Below, piece after piece: positions 8,746 to 17,483 of a stretch of 64,000 nucleotides of DNA. Source of the DNA: an uncultured Eubacteriales bacterium (GTDB lineage Bacteria; Bacillota; Clostridia; Oscillospirales; CAG-272); the NCBI GenBank assembly GCA_900547565.1, contig URHI01000002.1:793-64792 (forward strand), in the 5' to 3' direction. Numbering within the stretch: position 1 is the stretch's first letter; every line of letters begins with the position of its first letter. The translations under genes and the position numbers were made by a program. The notes beneath the pieces were generated by a model. The model was not told where the DNA came from, did not search any database, and saw nothing but the letters and a program-made list of their open reading frames with translations.

Positions 8746-10522
8746 ATTTTTCAAATTCCGGTACATATTGACCTTGGCAGTGATACTGGCAGTATGCTGT
8801 TTTATTGTATCCTGCGGCAAAAACAGCGGTTCCAAAGATGATACCTCCGATACAGGCACCGTCTCATCCTCCACACAGCAAACTACCGCTCCACCCGACG
8901 CCGGCTTAGATATAGACTTTGACTCGCAACACGATTTCTGCATAGTCAAAGACGGTGCTGCGGCCTGCCGTATCGTGTGTACCGCCGGAGCCTCCTCGTC
9001 CGATATTACGCTGGCATCGACAATAGTCAGCACGGTCAGTGAGGCAACCGGCGTGACGCTTGAGGTGGTCAGCGAGTGCGGCCCCGATACCGAATACGAA
9101 ATAGTCGTCGGCCTTGGCGTTTATGACAAGGCATCGCAGCTATACGAGCGCGTGACCTACGGACAATGGTCGGTAGCTACCTGCGGCCGCAAGCTGATAG
9201 TTTTTGCCACCGACACCTCGTCATTCACCGGTGCGGGAAACCGGCTCCGCCGCTACCTGTCGGGAGCGGACAACGGCTCGCTGGTGCTGTCATCAAAGAT
9301 CATGGGCACCGAAACAAGCACTGCAATACCGGTTTACATACCAATCATCGAGCCGGGGCTTTACCCCGCTTACATACAGAATGTCGGCGGCCCGGATACA
9401 TTGAAAAAATGCACTCAGGTTGCTTTCAAAAGTGTCAACTCAGTTGTGTATCCGCAATATATATCACGGCTTGAAGCGCTGGGCTACGAAAAAATCTCCG
9501 AAAACGAGATAAGCCAGAACCTTTTCACGACGCTGGTCAAGGACAAGCATATGCTGACTGTCGGGTATCTTCCGACAAGCCGCCTTATGCGCGTTATTTC
9601 CGAGCCCGCGTATGATACTTATATCGGGGATCTGCTGTCCGGTGAAAGGACCGGCGCCGTCAAGGTGATGCAGGTGCGCGACCCCGAGCACGGGCACCCC
9701 GGTGCGTATGTCATAACGCTGGCAGACGGCCGGTATTTCCTGTATGACACCGGCTACGGAGCAACAAGCGAAACGTCAACCGCGCCCCAGCTTATGGAGT
9801 ATATGCGCAAAAACAACATCTTCACAGACGGAAAAGTCCACATAGCCGGTATATTCATCAGTCACCCGCACCCTGACCATATGGGCGGCATTACGCATCT
9901 GGCAAGCGCCTACGCCGATGAAATCGTCTGTGACGCCGTAATGTACAATTTTGTCTCAGTCGACATGCAGAGTGTGATGAGCGACAGTACACTTATACAA
10001 AATCAAGTCTCAATCAATCATGCGGCAGAAAAGCTGGGCGCCAAGGTGTACTGCGTCCGTGGCGGACAGAGCTTTACGCTGTCGGGAACAGTTTTCAGCG
10101 TGCTGTTCACTCCCGATGAGCTGGGTGACTATCCGCTGACCGGAAAGAACGCCAAGGGCGAGAGCGATACCAACTATGATATGAACAATTCGTCGGTTAT
10201 ACTCACCATGAGCGAACAGGGGCAGAGCGTCACATTCACCGGCGACTGCCGCGGCGGTGAAGCGGCAAAGGTCCGCACGATGTATTCCCGCGGATTCCCC
10301 GGAGACATCATGACGGTGGCACATCACGGGTACAACGTAGTAGCAACGCTGGAGCTGTATAAGCTGGCACAGCCAAGCGTTCTGCTGTGGCCGATACGTC
10401 AGGACGACGCTGAAGTCTCGCGATCGTTTGTAAAACAGCTTCAGGCAGCAAGCTATGTCAGTGAGCATTATTACGAGGACGAACAGGTCGAGCTGACGTT
10501 GCCATATACACCGAAAGGGTAA
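8738..10522 (+). CDS. Lipoprotein: unknown N-terminal domain plus MBL-fold metallo-hydrolase (paralog 1 of 3)
   Basis: Lipobox FIVSCG. MBL motif ISHPHPDHMGG, later FTGDCRGGE and VAHHGYN. Overlaps the upstream gene by 8 nt. Confidence 0.8.
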   Translation: MLKFFKFRYILTLAVILAVCCFIVSCGKNSGSKDDTSDTGTVSSSTQQTTAPPDAGLDIDFDSQHDFCIVKDGAAACRIVCTAGASSSDITLASTIVSTVSEATGVTLEVVSECGPDTEYEIVVGLGVYDKASQLYERVTYGQWSVATCGRKLIVFATDTSSFTGAGNRLRRYLSGADNGSLVLSSKIMGTETSTAIPVYIPIIEPGLYPAYIQNVGGPDTLKKCTQVAFKSVNSVVYPQYISRLEALGYEKISENEISQNLFTTLVKDKHMLTVGYLPTSRLMRVISEPAYDTYIGDLLSGERTGAVKVMQVRDPEHGHPGAYVITLADGRYFLYDTGYGATSETSTAPQLMEYMRKNNIFTDGKVHIAGIFISHPHPDHMGGITHLASAYADEIVCDAVMYNFVSVDMQSVMSDSTLIQNQVSINHAAEKLGAKVYCVRGGQSFTLSGTVFSVLFTPDELGDYPLTGKNAKGESDTNYDMNNSSVILTMSEQGQSVTFTGDCRGGEAAKVRTMYSRGFPGDIMTVAHHGYNVVATLELYKLAQPSVLLWPIRQDDAEVSRSFVKQLQAASYVSEHYYEDEQVELTLPYTPKG

Positions 10523-10674
10523 AAGCACACATCTGTGGCTCTGCTGCACCAACACAAAAGCTACTTATCGGTTAAAGATGTTATCATCATTTCGTCTGCG
10601 CAGACACGGAATGTTGCGCCGGATGTTTGAAGAAACGCCTGTAAAATAACCGGGCTCCGACATAACAACATAAA

Positions 10675-10712
10675 GATCCCCGGCTCAAAATGAGCCGGGG
10701 ATCTGCGTTTTA
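10675..10712. terminator. Bidirectional intrinsic terminator between convergent genes
   Basis: 13-bp stem gatccccggctca / tgagccggggatc with loop aaa, followed by tgcgtttta. Confidence 0.7.
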
Positions 10713-10718
10713 TTCAGC

Positions 10719-12350
10719 TTACCAGGCAACGGGGGTAGTTTCACTTGCATCTGCATAATGCCAGCAACCGCTCTTTGCAGTATCGCTGTAGTAATACAGT
10801 GTAGCTGTAATTGTCAGAGCAAAGTTGTTGGAGGGATGCACGTTGATGCGGCTCCAGTGATCCTGGTATGTTAAGCCCTTATAGTATACGCTCTTGAGCG
10901 AATTGCAGAACGCAAACGCATTTTCACCGATCGTATCGACCTTGGACCCGATCACGACCTCTGTCATGCCGGTGCAGTTGTTAAAGGCGTAAGCCTTGAT
11001 CTCGTAGACCGTATCGGGAATGATCAGCGACTTGATGGCAGTACAGCCGTCAAACGCATGTGCGCTGATTGTATCAAGTCCTGCACCGATGCTTACAACA
11101 GACAGTCTGGAGCAGTTTGCGAACGCATAGTCACCAAGTTTGACCACCGAGTTGGGCAGTGTGACCCATGTCAGAAAGCTGCAGCCGTCGAAAGCATGTG
11201 CGCCGATAGTGGAAAGCCCGGTATTGAGCGTCACGGAATCCAGCTTCTTGGCACCGTAGAAGGCGTAATCGCCGATAGCGGTAACAGAAGAAGGAATATT
11301 GAACGATGAAACCGTCTTGCCTGCGGGATAAGCAACAAGAGTTGCGGCAGCACCGCTTGCGTTGAGCTTGTAAAGCACGCCGTCAGAGACGTAGAAATAT
11401 TTGCTGGAGGTATCGGCCAGCTTGAACTGTGTCAGGTTGACACAGCCAGCGAAGGCGGAAGGACGGACGTCGGTAATCGTAGAAGCAACGCTGTACTCAG
11501 TCAGCGCTTTGCCGGCAGGGAACGCAACTATTGTCTTGGCGTCCTTGGTATAAAGCACATCGTTGACCGAGGTGTAATACTTATTATCGGCCTCAACCGT
11601 GATAGAGTTGAGCGAGGTGCAACCAGCAAAGGCACCCTCACCGATTGAAATAACGCTGGCAGGCAGGTAGATGGACTTCACAGTCGTATTGCCCGCAAAC
11701 GCACCCTCGGCAATAGCGGTAACATTCTTACCGTCGGCATTGGTGGAATAAATTATGATCTCGGTATCAAGGCACAGACCGGTACCCGTGACGGTCAGAG
11801 TGCCGTCCGCATTCTGCGAATAGGACAGGCCGAGCGAGCCGGTAGCGTTAGTGTAGGAATCCGAGTAGTTGTACTTGCAGACCGAGCAGGTGTGAACCGT
11901 ATAGCCCTGAGTGGTCTTTGTAGGTGCGATCACGCTGTCCACAAACTTGTGCCCGGCAGCGGCGATCTTCTGGGTCTCGCTTGTACCGCAAACGGTGCAC
12001 TTACGTGTCTGGATGCCCTCTGCGGTGCAGGTAGGTGCTGTGGTCGTTTCCCACTCACCGTATGTATGAGCGGCAAGGGGGGTGGGGGTGTCGACGTACT
12101 GATCGCCGCAGTCACACATGTGAAGCGTGTAGCCCGCAGCAGTACAGGTAGCCGGATAAACGGTATCCTTATAGGAATGAACATGCGCGGTAGTTGTTTC
12201 GGGCGGTGTGGTCTGAGGTTCAGCGGTAGTCGTATCCGGTGCGGAAGTTCCTATAATAGACGGATTGTCGTTGCCCTTACAGGAGGCCAGCGTGAGCATC
12301 ATGACCAGTGCCAAAACAGGCAGCGCCAGACGTAAAATTTTGTTTTTCAT
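10719..12350 (-). CDS. Surface lipoprotein with Cys-knuckle modules and BspA-type leucine-rich repeats
   Basis: Lipobox LASCKG and a Thr/Pro linker. Three C-x3-G-x5-6-C-x(1-2)-C modules. Repeated LRR_5-like units (IYLPASVISIGEGAFAGCTSL; FNIPSSVTAIGDYAFYGAKKL; VTLPNSVVKLGDYAFANCSRL; LIIPDTVYEIKAYAFNNCTGM). Confidence 0.8.
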   Translation of the reverse strand: MKNKILRLALPVLALVMMLTLASCKGNDNPSIIGTSAPDTTTAEPQTTPPETTTAHVHSYKDTVYPATCTAAGYTLHMCDCGDQYVDTPTPLAAHTYGEWETTTAPTCTAEGIQTRKCTVCGTSETQKIAAAGHKFVDSVIAPTKTTQGYTVHTCSVCKYNYSDSYTNATGSLGLSYSQNADGTLTVTGTGLCLDTEIIIYSTNADGKNVTAIAEGAFAGNTTVKSIYLPASVISIGEGAFAGCTSLNSITVEADNKYYTSVNDVLYTKDAKTIVAFPAGKALTEYSVASTITDVRPSAFAGCVNLTQFKLADTSSKYFYVSDGVLYKLNASGAAATLVAYPAGKTVSSFNIPSSVTAIGDYAFYGAKKLDSVTLNTGLSTIGAHAFDGCSFLTWVTLPNSVVKLGDYAFANCSRLSVVSIGAGLDTISAHAFDGCTAIKSLIIPDTVYEIKAYAFNNCTGMTEVVIGSKVDTIGENAFAFCNSLKSVYYKGLTYQDHWSRINVHPSNNFALTITATLYYYSDTAKSGCWHYADASETTPVAW

Positions 12351-12576
12351 AATATCTCCTTATACTTTCTCATGAGATTGTTTTTTGAGACAGAGCCGAT
12401 AACCGGGCATTATCAGCATGGCATAGTATATCATACCTCGAATTTTTTTTCAAGGGAATTCAAAAAAATATCACGGTTATTTCGTAGAAAGTTAACAATT
12501 TGGGCAATATATCTCCGGCAGATCGCAGGAAACAGGGATTTTTTGCCTCTTTCTGGCAGCGCAGCATTATTTATAA

Positions 12577-12605
12577 TTGATTTTAACCGTGATATGTGGT
12601 ACAAT
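12577..12605 (+). promoter_or_regulatory. Sigma-A type promoter for the hydrolase-ruvX pair
   Basis: TTGATT 12577..12582, 17-nt spacer, TACAAT 12600..12605. Confidence 0.45.
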
Positions 12606-12636
12606 AACCATAAACAAACGCAAGGAGGATATTTTC

Positions 12637-13578
12637 GTGATACACTCAACCGGAAGCTATGCGTCATCTGACGGGCGCAGCACTATAATCTACAGCCTTT
12701 GGGCACCGGAAACTCCGCCGCGCGCCGTGCTTCAGATAAGTCACGGAATGTGCGAATATATAGAAAGGTATGCCGCCTTTGCCGAATACCTCACCGGGCA
12801 TGGCTTTGCCGTTGCCGGAAATGACCACATCGGACACGGACGCAGTGCCGCGGCAGCAGAGGAGCTCGGATATATCCCGCGTGCGGCCGGCGGTGATGCA
12901 CTGGTGGCTGACCTGTGGACGCTGACCGGCATCATTAAACAAAAATACCCCGGTCTGCCGTATTTTCTGCTGGGACACAGCATGGGGTCTTTTATAGCAC
13001 GGCTGTATCTGGCGGCGCATGGCGAAGCACTTGACGGTGCGGTCATAATGGGCACCGGCGGTCCGGGCAATCCTACCGGTCCGGCAAAATTCATGGCCCG
13101 GGCCGACGCTACATTTCATTCCGGGCACCATCGTTCGTCCTTCATAAATGATCTTGCCTTCGGATCCTACACCAAGCATTTCGGCAAGAACGCCACACAA
13201 TACGACTGGCTGTCGCGTGACGAGGACAACAAGCGGCGCTATGCTGCCGATCCGTTCTGCACCTTCACCTTTACCGCAGACGGATTTTATACCTTGTTTG
13301 ACATGCTCGGAAGGGTATCGGACAAAAAATGGCCCGAGATGCTGCCGAAATCGCTGCCGGTGCTTATGGTCAGCGGTGCCGACGACCCTGTCGGAGACTA
13401 TGGACGCGGTGTGGAAAAAATATACCGGCGCCTGACTGCGGCGGGACTGACAGACGTGACGCTGCGGCTGTACCCCGAGGATCGCCACGAAATACTCAAC
13501 GAGATCGACCGCGACCGGGTATATGCCGACATTTTAGCATGGTTTGAATCAAAGCTGAACAAAAGCAAGGATAATTAA
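12637..13578 (+). CDS. Alpha/beta hydrolase (lysophospholipase / monoacylglycerol-lipase-like)
   Basis: Start moved to GTG 12637, 7 nt after AAGGAGG. Nucleophile elbow GHSMGS. The lysophospholipase-like N-terminus is …VLQISHGMCEYIERY…. Confidence 0.85.
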   Translation: MIHSTGSYASSDGRSTIIYSLWAPETPPRAVLQISHGMCEYIERYAAFAEYLTGHGFAVAGNDHIGHGRSAAAAEELGYIPRAAGGDALVADLWTLTGIIKQKYPGLPYFLLGHSMGSFIARLYLAAHGEALDGAVIMGTGGPGNPTGPAKFMARADATFHSGHHRSSFINDLAFGSYTKHFGKNATQYDWLSRDEDNKRRYAADPFCTFTFTADGFYTLFDMLGRVSDKKWPEMLPKSLPVLMVSGADDPVGDYGRGVEKIYRRLTAAGLTDVTLRLYPEDRHEILNEIDRDRVYADILAWFESKLNKSKDN

Positions 13579-13581
13579 AAC

Positions 13582-14031
13582 ATGGTAGATAACATCAGAA
13601 AAACCACCGGGCGGGTGCTTGCAGTTGACTTCGGAGACACGCGGACAGGTCTTGCCGTATCGGACAGCGGGCGGTTTCTGGCATCCGGGCTGGGGTATGT
13701 ATCACCCGGCGGAATAGTAAAGACAGCTGATGCGGTAGCCGTGCGGGCGCGCGAGCTCGGCGTGAGTGCGGTCGTGGTGGGACTTCCTGTCAATATGAAC
13801 GGCACAGAGGGGGCGCGCGCGGGGCGCTGCCGCGAGTTTGCCGATCTGCTGGCCGAAAGACTGCCCGGAGTCGCCATTGACATGGTTGACGAGCGGCTGA
13901 CAACTATGGAAGCGGCGCGTTACCTCAACGCCACCGACACACGCGGCAAAAAGCGAAAAGGGGTAATTGACTCGCTTGCGGCCGAGATAATTCTGCAGAG
14001 CACGCTTGACAGACTGAAAAACGGAACATAA
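13582..14031 (+). CDS. ruvX: Holliday-junction resolvase-like RNase H-fold protein RuvX/YqgF
   Basis: 149 aa. GRVLAVDFGDTRTGLAVSD is the YqgF N-terminal motif, and VVGLPVNMNGTEG is also present. Confidence 0.9.
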   Translation: MVDNIRKTTGRVLAVDFGDTRTGLAVSDSGRFLASGLGYVSPGGIVKTADAVAVRARELGVSAVVVGLPVNMNGTEGARAGRCREFADLLAERLPGVAIDMVDERLTTMEAARYLNATDTRGKKRKGVIDSLAAEIILQSTLDRLKNGT

Positions 14032-14094
14032 GTGTCAGTAGCCCGACACTTGACAGTCCCGGTAATGCGAATCGTTGCCGATATAAAAACGCAA

Positions 14095-14132
14095 AACAGC
14101 ACCTGAATAGAAAATTCAGGTGCTGTTTTTTT
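14095..14132. terminator. Bidirectional intrinsic terminator (ruvX on + and the ceramidase-like operon on -)
   Basis: 14-bp stem aacagcacctgaat / attcaggtgctgtt. T-run 14126..14132 on the + strand and TTTT on the - strand. Confidence 0.7.
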
Positions 14133-14177
14133 AATACGGTCAAGCCTTGTTTTTGTCCGTAGGCCGGCATACCGGGG

Positions 14178-15674
14178 TCAATCTGACACAAACATTTTAC
14201 GGATCATGTCAAGGGTCTGCTCGGCAAGCTGATAGCCGCCCTCATGTCCGACAAAACCGCTTGAAACATAGCCCGAATAATGTCCGCCGCGCTCAGCCTT
14301 CTCGGTCGGGAGATAGCCCAGTCCGTCGCAGGCAAGCTGTATCAGAAAAGTCTGACAAGCCGCACTTCTTGCACGGATTATGTTGGCAAAGTCGAGAAAC
14401 AGCTCAAAAGGACTGCTTGCTATGGCGATATCCCCGAGCCGGACGACATGCACCTCGGTGCTGACCGTAGTTACTGTCTTCTGCATATCATAACGCTCTG
14501 CAATACCGGCGCAGACATGCATACGTGCGCTGTCAACAAAATTGAGCGCGGATTTGTCGTGGGTTTGCACAAACTCACTGAGCTTTGCACGGGCCTCGGC
14601 ATTCTCCTGCTCGCTCACGCGGCGGAGAGGAAGCGCCAGATCCACCGCAATATGCTCAAATTCAGCCTGATCCACAAGCGTCTGCTTATCCTCCTCAAAT
14701 ACCGCGATGACCTCAGACGCAATACGGCGTCCTATCTTCCATGAGCCGCGGATATCGAACATTGACGGATCTGCGTGACGGACCGGAGGATCGGAACGAA
14801 TGACATTCGGGTCCTCGATGGGAGTTTCCGGCTCAACCCAACGGATAAGATCTCTCGGGCACTGATCTCCGGCCGGCGCACAGAGCGCGAGCACCTTAAA
14901 GTCCTCCCCGAAGTGCTCACGAAGCAGGATCTTTACCTTGCCCCAGTAATCTGAGGAAATGAAATAGCGCTGTTCAAGCACCTGCGCCGGGCAGGCGATG
15001 TTAATGACTGCGCCGGTCGGCTTTTTTGCCTCATCATATGTAAACAGCAGCTCAATGCCGTTGTCATTACCGCCCTCAAGGGCAAAGAAATCCTCGGTTG
15101 CAGTGTCACCCCACATTTTCGCGCTGCCGTCCTTATAGCAGACACGACGGCACATGCCGACTGCAGCGCGGCCAAATGCCGCAGAGTAGTACGCCGGTCT
15201 GCGCCCTCTCCATGCCGCGACGATGATATCCGCCAGTCTGTCCGCAAGATAGAGCGCCGCCTCGTCCGGCTCCATTAGACAATCCGTTTTGATATTGCCC
15301 GCACCGAACATGGGGGCACTTTCAAGTCCCAGATATTTGTTCAACGCATCGAGTCCCAGCTCGCGTTCGGAGGAGTACAGAAGCGAGTTATGTGTGTGTG
15401 TCGCAGAAATAATTATCTTGGAAGTATCGACGTCCGGCTCCGCAGCCTTGACTCTGTGACGGACCGCTCTTATAAGATCGCAAAAAATATGCGTTTCATC
15501 TACAGAGCATATTATCGTCTGTTCATCACCCGCCTCAATGGCGAGCGCGGTTGCCGTCACCGGCGTCTCAACATACTGAGAAATACGGTCATAGAACTGT
15601 CCCGCAAGACGGATGCGCCTGCCTTCCGGTGTTATACTGCCCTCTGCCCAGCCCAGTTTTATTGTTTTCTTCAT
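14178..15674 (-). CDS. Neutral/alkaline-ceramidase-like superfamily protein (function uncertain)
   Basis: 498 aa with no signal peptide. The N-terminal layout (…GWAEGSITPEG…, IISATHTHNS) resembles the Ceramidase_alk N-domain (SATHTHSGP-type motif). I did not recognise the rest. Confidence 0.45.
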   Translation of the reverse strand: MKKTIKLGWAEGSITPEGRRIRLAGQFYDRISQYVETPVTATALAIEAGDEQTIICSVDETHIFCDLIRAVRHRVKAAEPDVDTSKIIISATHTHNSLLYSSERELGLDALNKYLGLESAPMFGAGNIKTDCLMEPDEAALYLADRLADIIVAAWRGRRPAYYSAAFGRAAVGMCRRVCYKDGSAKMWGDTATEDFFALEGGNDNGIELLFTYDEAKKPTGAVINIACPAQVLEQRYFISSDYWGKVKILLREHFGEDFKVLALCAPAGDQCPRDLIRWVEPETPIEDPNVIRSDPPVRHADPSMFDIRGSWKIGRRIASEVIAVFEEDKQTLVDQAEFEHIAVDLALPLRRVSEQENAEARAKLSEFVQTHDKSALNFVDSARMHVCAGIAERYDMQKTVTTVSTEVHVVRLGDIAIASSPFELFLDFANIIRARSAACQTFLIQLACDGLGYLPTEKAERGGHYSGYVSSGFVGHEGGYQLAEQTLDMIRKMFVSD

Positions 15675-15689
15675 AATGCAATAAATCCT

Positions 15690-17465
15690 TTATTTAATGA
15701 ATCCTGATGAGGTCGCATGATACGGAAGATCCCATGAGGTTATTCTTGTCGCCGAGTTGTAGTACTCCCTGACGTGAAGCTGATTGATCAGATAATAATT
15801 ATATGTGAATTTCTCCAGATACACCGGAACAAGTGCATCGGAAGTGGTGAAGAGCGCTATCTCAGGGTCTATTGCGGCATATATCGCGTTTGTTCCGCCG
15901 ACACCGCCGTGGTGAGCGACCTGAACAATATCGCTCTTGAGATAAGAGCCGAATATCTTGGCGGTCAGGTTGTTCGGATCCTCCTGCGCGTCGCCGAGGA
16001 ACATGATACGCTCGCCTGCAATATCCACACTGAATATGAGCGACGAATTGTTCCAGTTCTTGCTTGACGCAATGGTACGGGTTTTTGTTACATAGTCCTC
16101 ATGCGTATAGAATATTTCAATAACCGCATCGCCGATATTATAGACATGGCCGGTGTGCGCCTTATACATCGGAGTACCCTTGTAATAATTGCTCACCTGC
16201 CCGAAAAAGCGGGAGTATGCGTTCTTTTCGTCATTGGAAACATTTGAATCGCCCTCGGACGGGAAATTGAGAATTATGCTCTCCAGCCGGACCTGCTTTG
16301 AATAGACGGCGCTGAAGCTGCAAAAGCCGCCGATATGGTCGGAATGTGAGTGCGTGAATATCCATGCGGCGATGACAATATTGTTTTTGTCCACCGCCTG
16401 ATCCAGCATACAAGCATAAAGCGCCTGGGAATATGAGCCCCAGCTGCCGTCCGAAACGCCGCCGTCGATAACAATAAAGCGACCGTCAGACAGACGTATC
16501 AGAAAACACATCAGCCCGGAATCCGCCTCAGTGCCGAGATAGGTATTGCCGTCTGCATACTTACGCCCGATCATTGTGAGCTTGGGTGTGGTAACGGCCT
16601 TACCGGTACTTGTCTCGGAGACAAAATAGTTGCTTTCCGGCTCAACTATCACGCGGGTGGTCTTGTTGGACGGGGTGTGGTAGACAGTGACCGCCGAATC
16701 GTTGCCGGTATAAACCGAAAACAGGTTGTTGTTCACCGTTCTTTGGCTGACGGATACAAAACCGCTCCGTTCCAGCTCAGAGGTGATTCCGGTATAGGTC
16801 CCGGTGTCAGTTGATGACATGAAAAGCTGATATGCCGAATCCCCGCAGTTGACTATACTGTCGGGGCGGATATTACCGAACACCGGAATCTTGCTGAGCG
16901 TCGGGACAATGGTCGTTGTGAAGCAATCCTCACTTTTAAGCGTCAGCGTTTTCTTGTCGGCACTGAGTGACTTTGTAACAAGATCGCAGAAGCGTTGGGC
17001 AAGCAGCGACATTGACGTGTCCTGCCAGCTTGTAACGACGACCTTGTTTCCGACTATCACGACTCCGAAATCGCCGTATGAAATAGAGTCAAGTACCTCT
17101 TGTGTCTGATGGTAACCGGTACGCCCCACCAAAATCTCCACTGTGCTGTCATCGTAAACACCGTCCCGGCTGAAATCATCGGTAAAAACAAAGGTTTCAC
17201 CGGGGCAAAGGCCGACCAGATGCTCGCGGATCTTGATTGCGGCATCTATCTCCTCGTCAGAGGCATCATCCGGGCGGATAAGGCGGAAAAGCGGTTTTCC
17301 GTTGTCGATAAGCGTGATCTCGGATGACGGCGGCGCTGTTTCCGCCGCCGCAGTGGTGGTGGTCTGACTGCTGTCAGGGGCGTTGTTTTCGCAACCGAAG
17401 ACAAGCACAGCCGCCGCAAGGCAGACAAACAATATACATATTAGTTTAATATACCTGTTTCTCAT
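15690..17465 (-). CDS. Lipoprotein: unknown N-terminal domain plus MBL-fold metallo-hydrolase (paralog 2 of 3)
   Basis: Lipobox LVFGCE. FTHSHSDHIGG, FLGDAQED, VAHHGGVGG. Long collinear identity blocks with paralog 3 (IRLSDGRFIVIDGG / IRLSDGSFLVYDGG). Confidence 0.8.
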   Translation of the reverse strand: MRNRYIKLICILFVCLAAAVLVFGCENNAPDSSQTTTTAAAETAPPSSEITLIDNGKPLFRLIRPDDASDEEIDAAIKIREHLVGLCPGETFVFTDDFSRDGVYDDSTVEILVGRTGYHQTQEVLDSISYGDFGVVIVGNKVVVTSWQDTSMSLLAQRFCDLVTKSLSADKKTLTLKSEDCFTTTIVPTLSKIPVFGNIRPDSIVNCGDSAYQLFMSSTDTGTYTGITSELERSGFVSVSQRTVNNNLFSVYTGNDSAVTVYHTPSNKTTRVIVEPESNYFVSETSTGKAVTTPKLTMIGRKYADGNTYLGTEADSGLMCFLIRLSDGRFIVIDGGVSDGSWGSYSQALYACMLDQAVDKNNIVIAAWIFTHSHSDHIGGFCSFSAVYSKQVRLESIILNFPSEGDSNVSNDEKNAYSRFFGQVSNYYKGTPMYKAHTGHVYNIGDAVIEIFYTHEDYVTKTRTIASSKNWNNSSLIFSVDIAGERIMFLGDAQEDPNNLTAKIFGSYLKSDIVQVAHHGGVGGTNAIYAAIDPEIALFTTSDALVPVYLEKFTYNYYLINQLHVREYYNSATRITSWDLPYHATSSGFIK

Positions 17466-17483
17466 TTCAGCTCAAAGCCTCTT

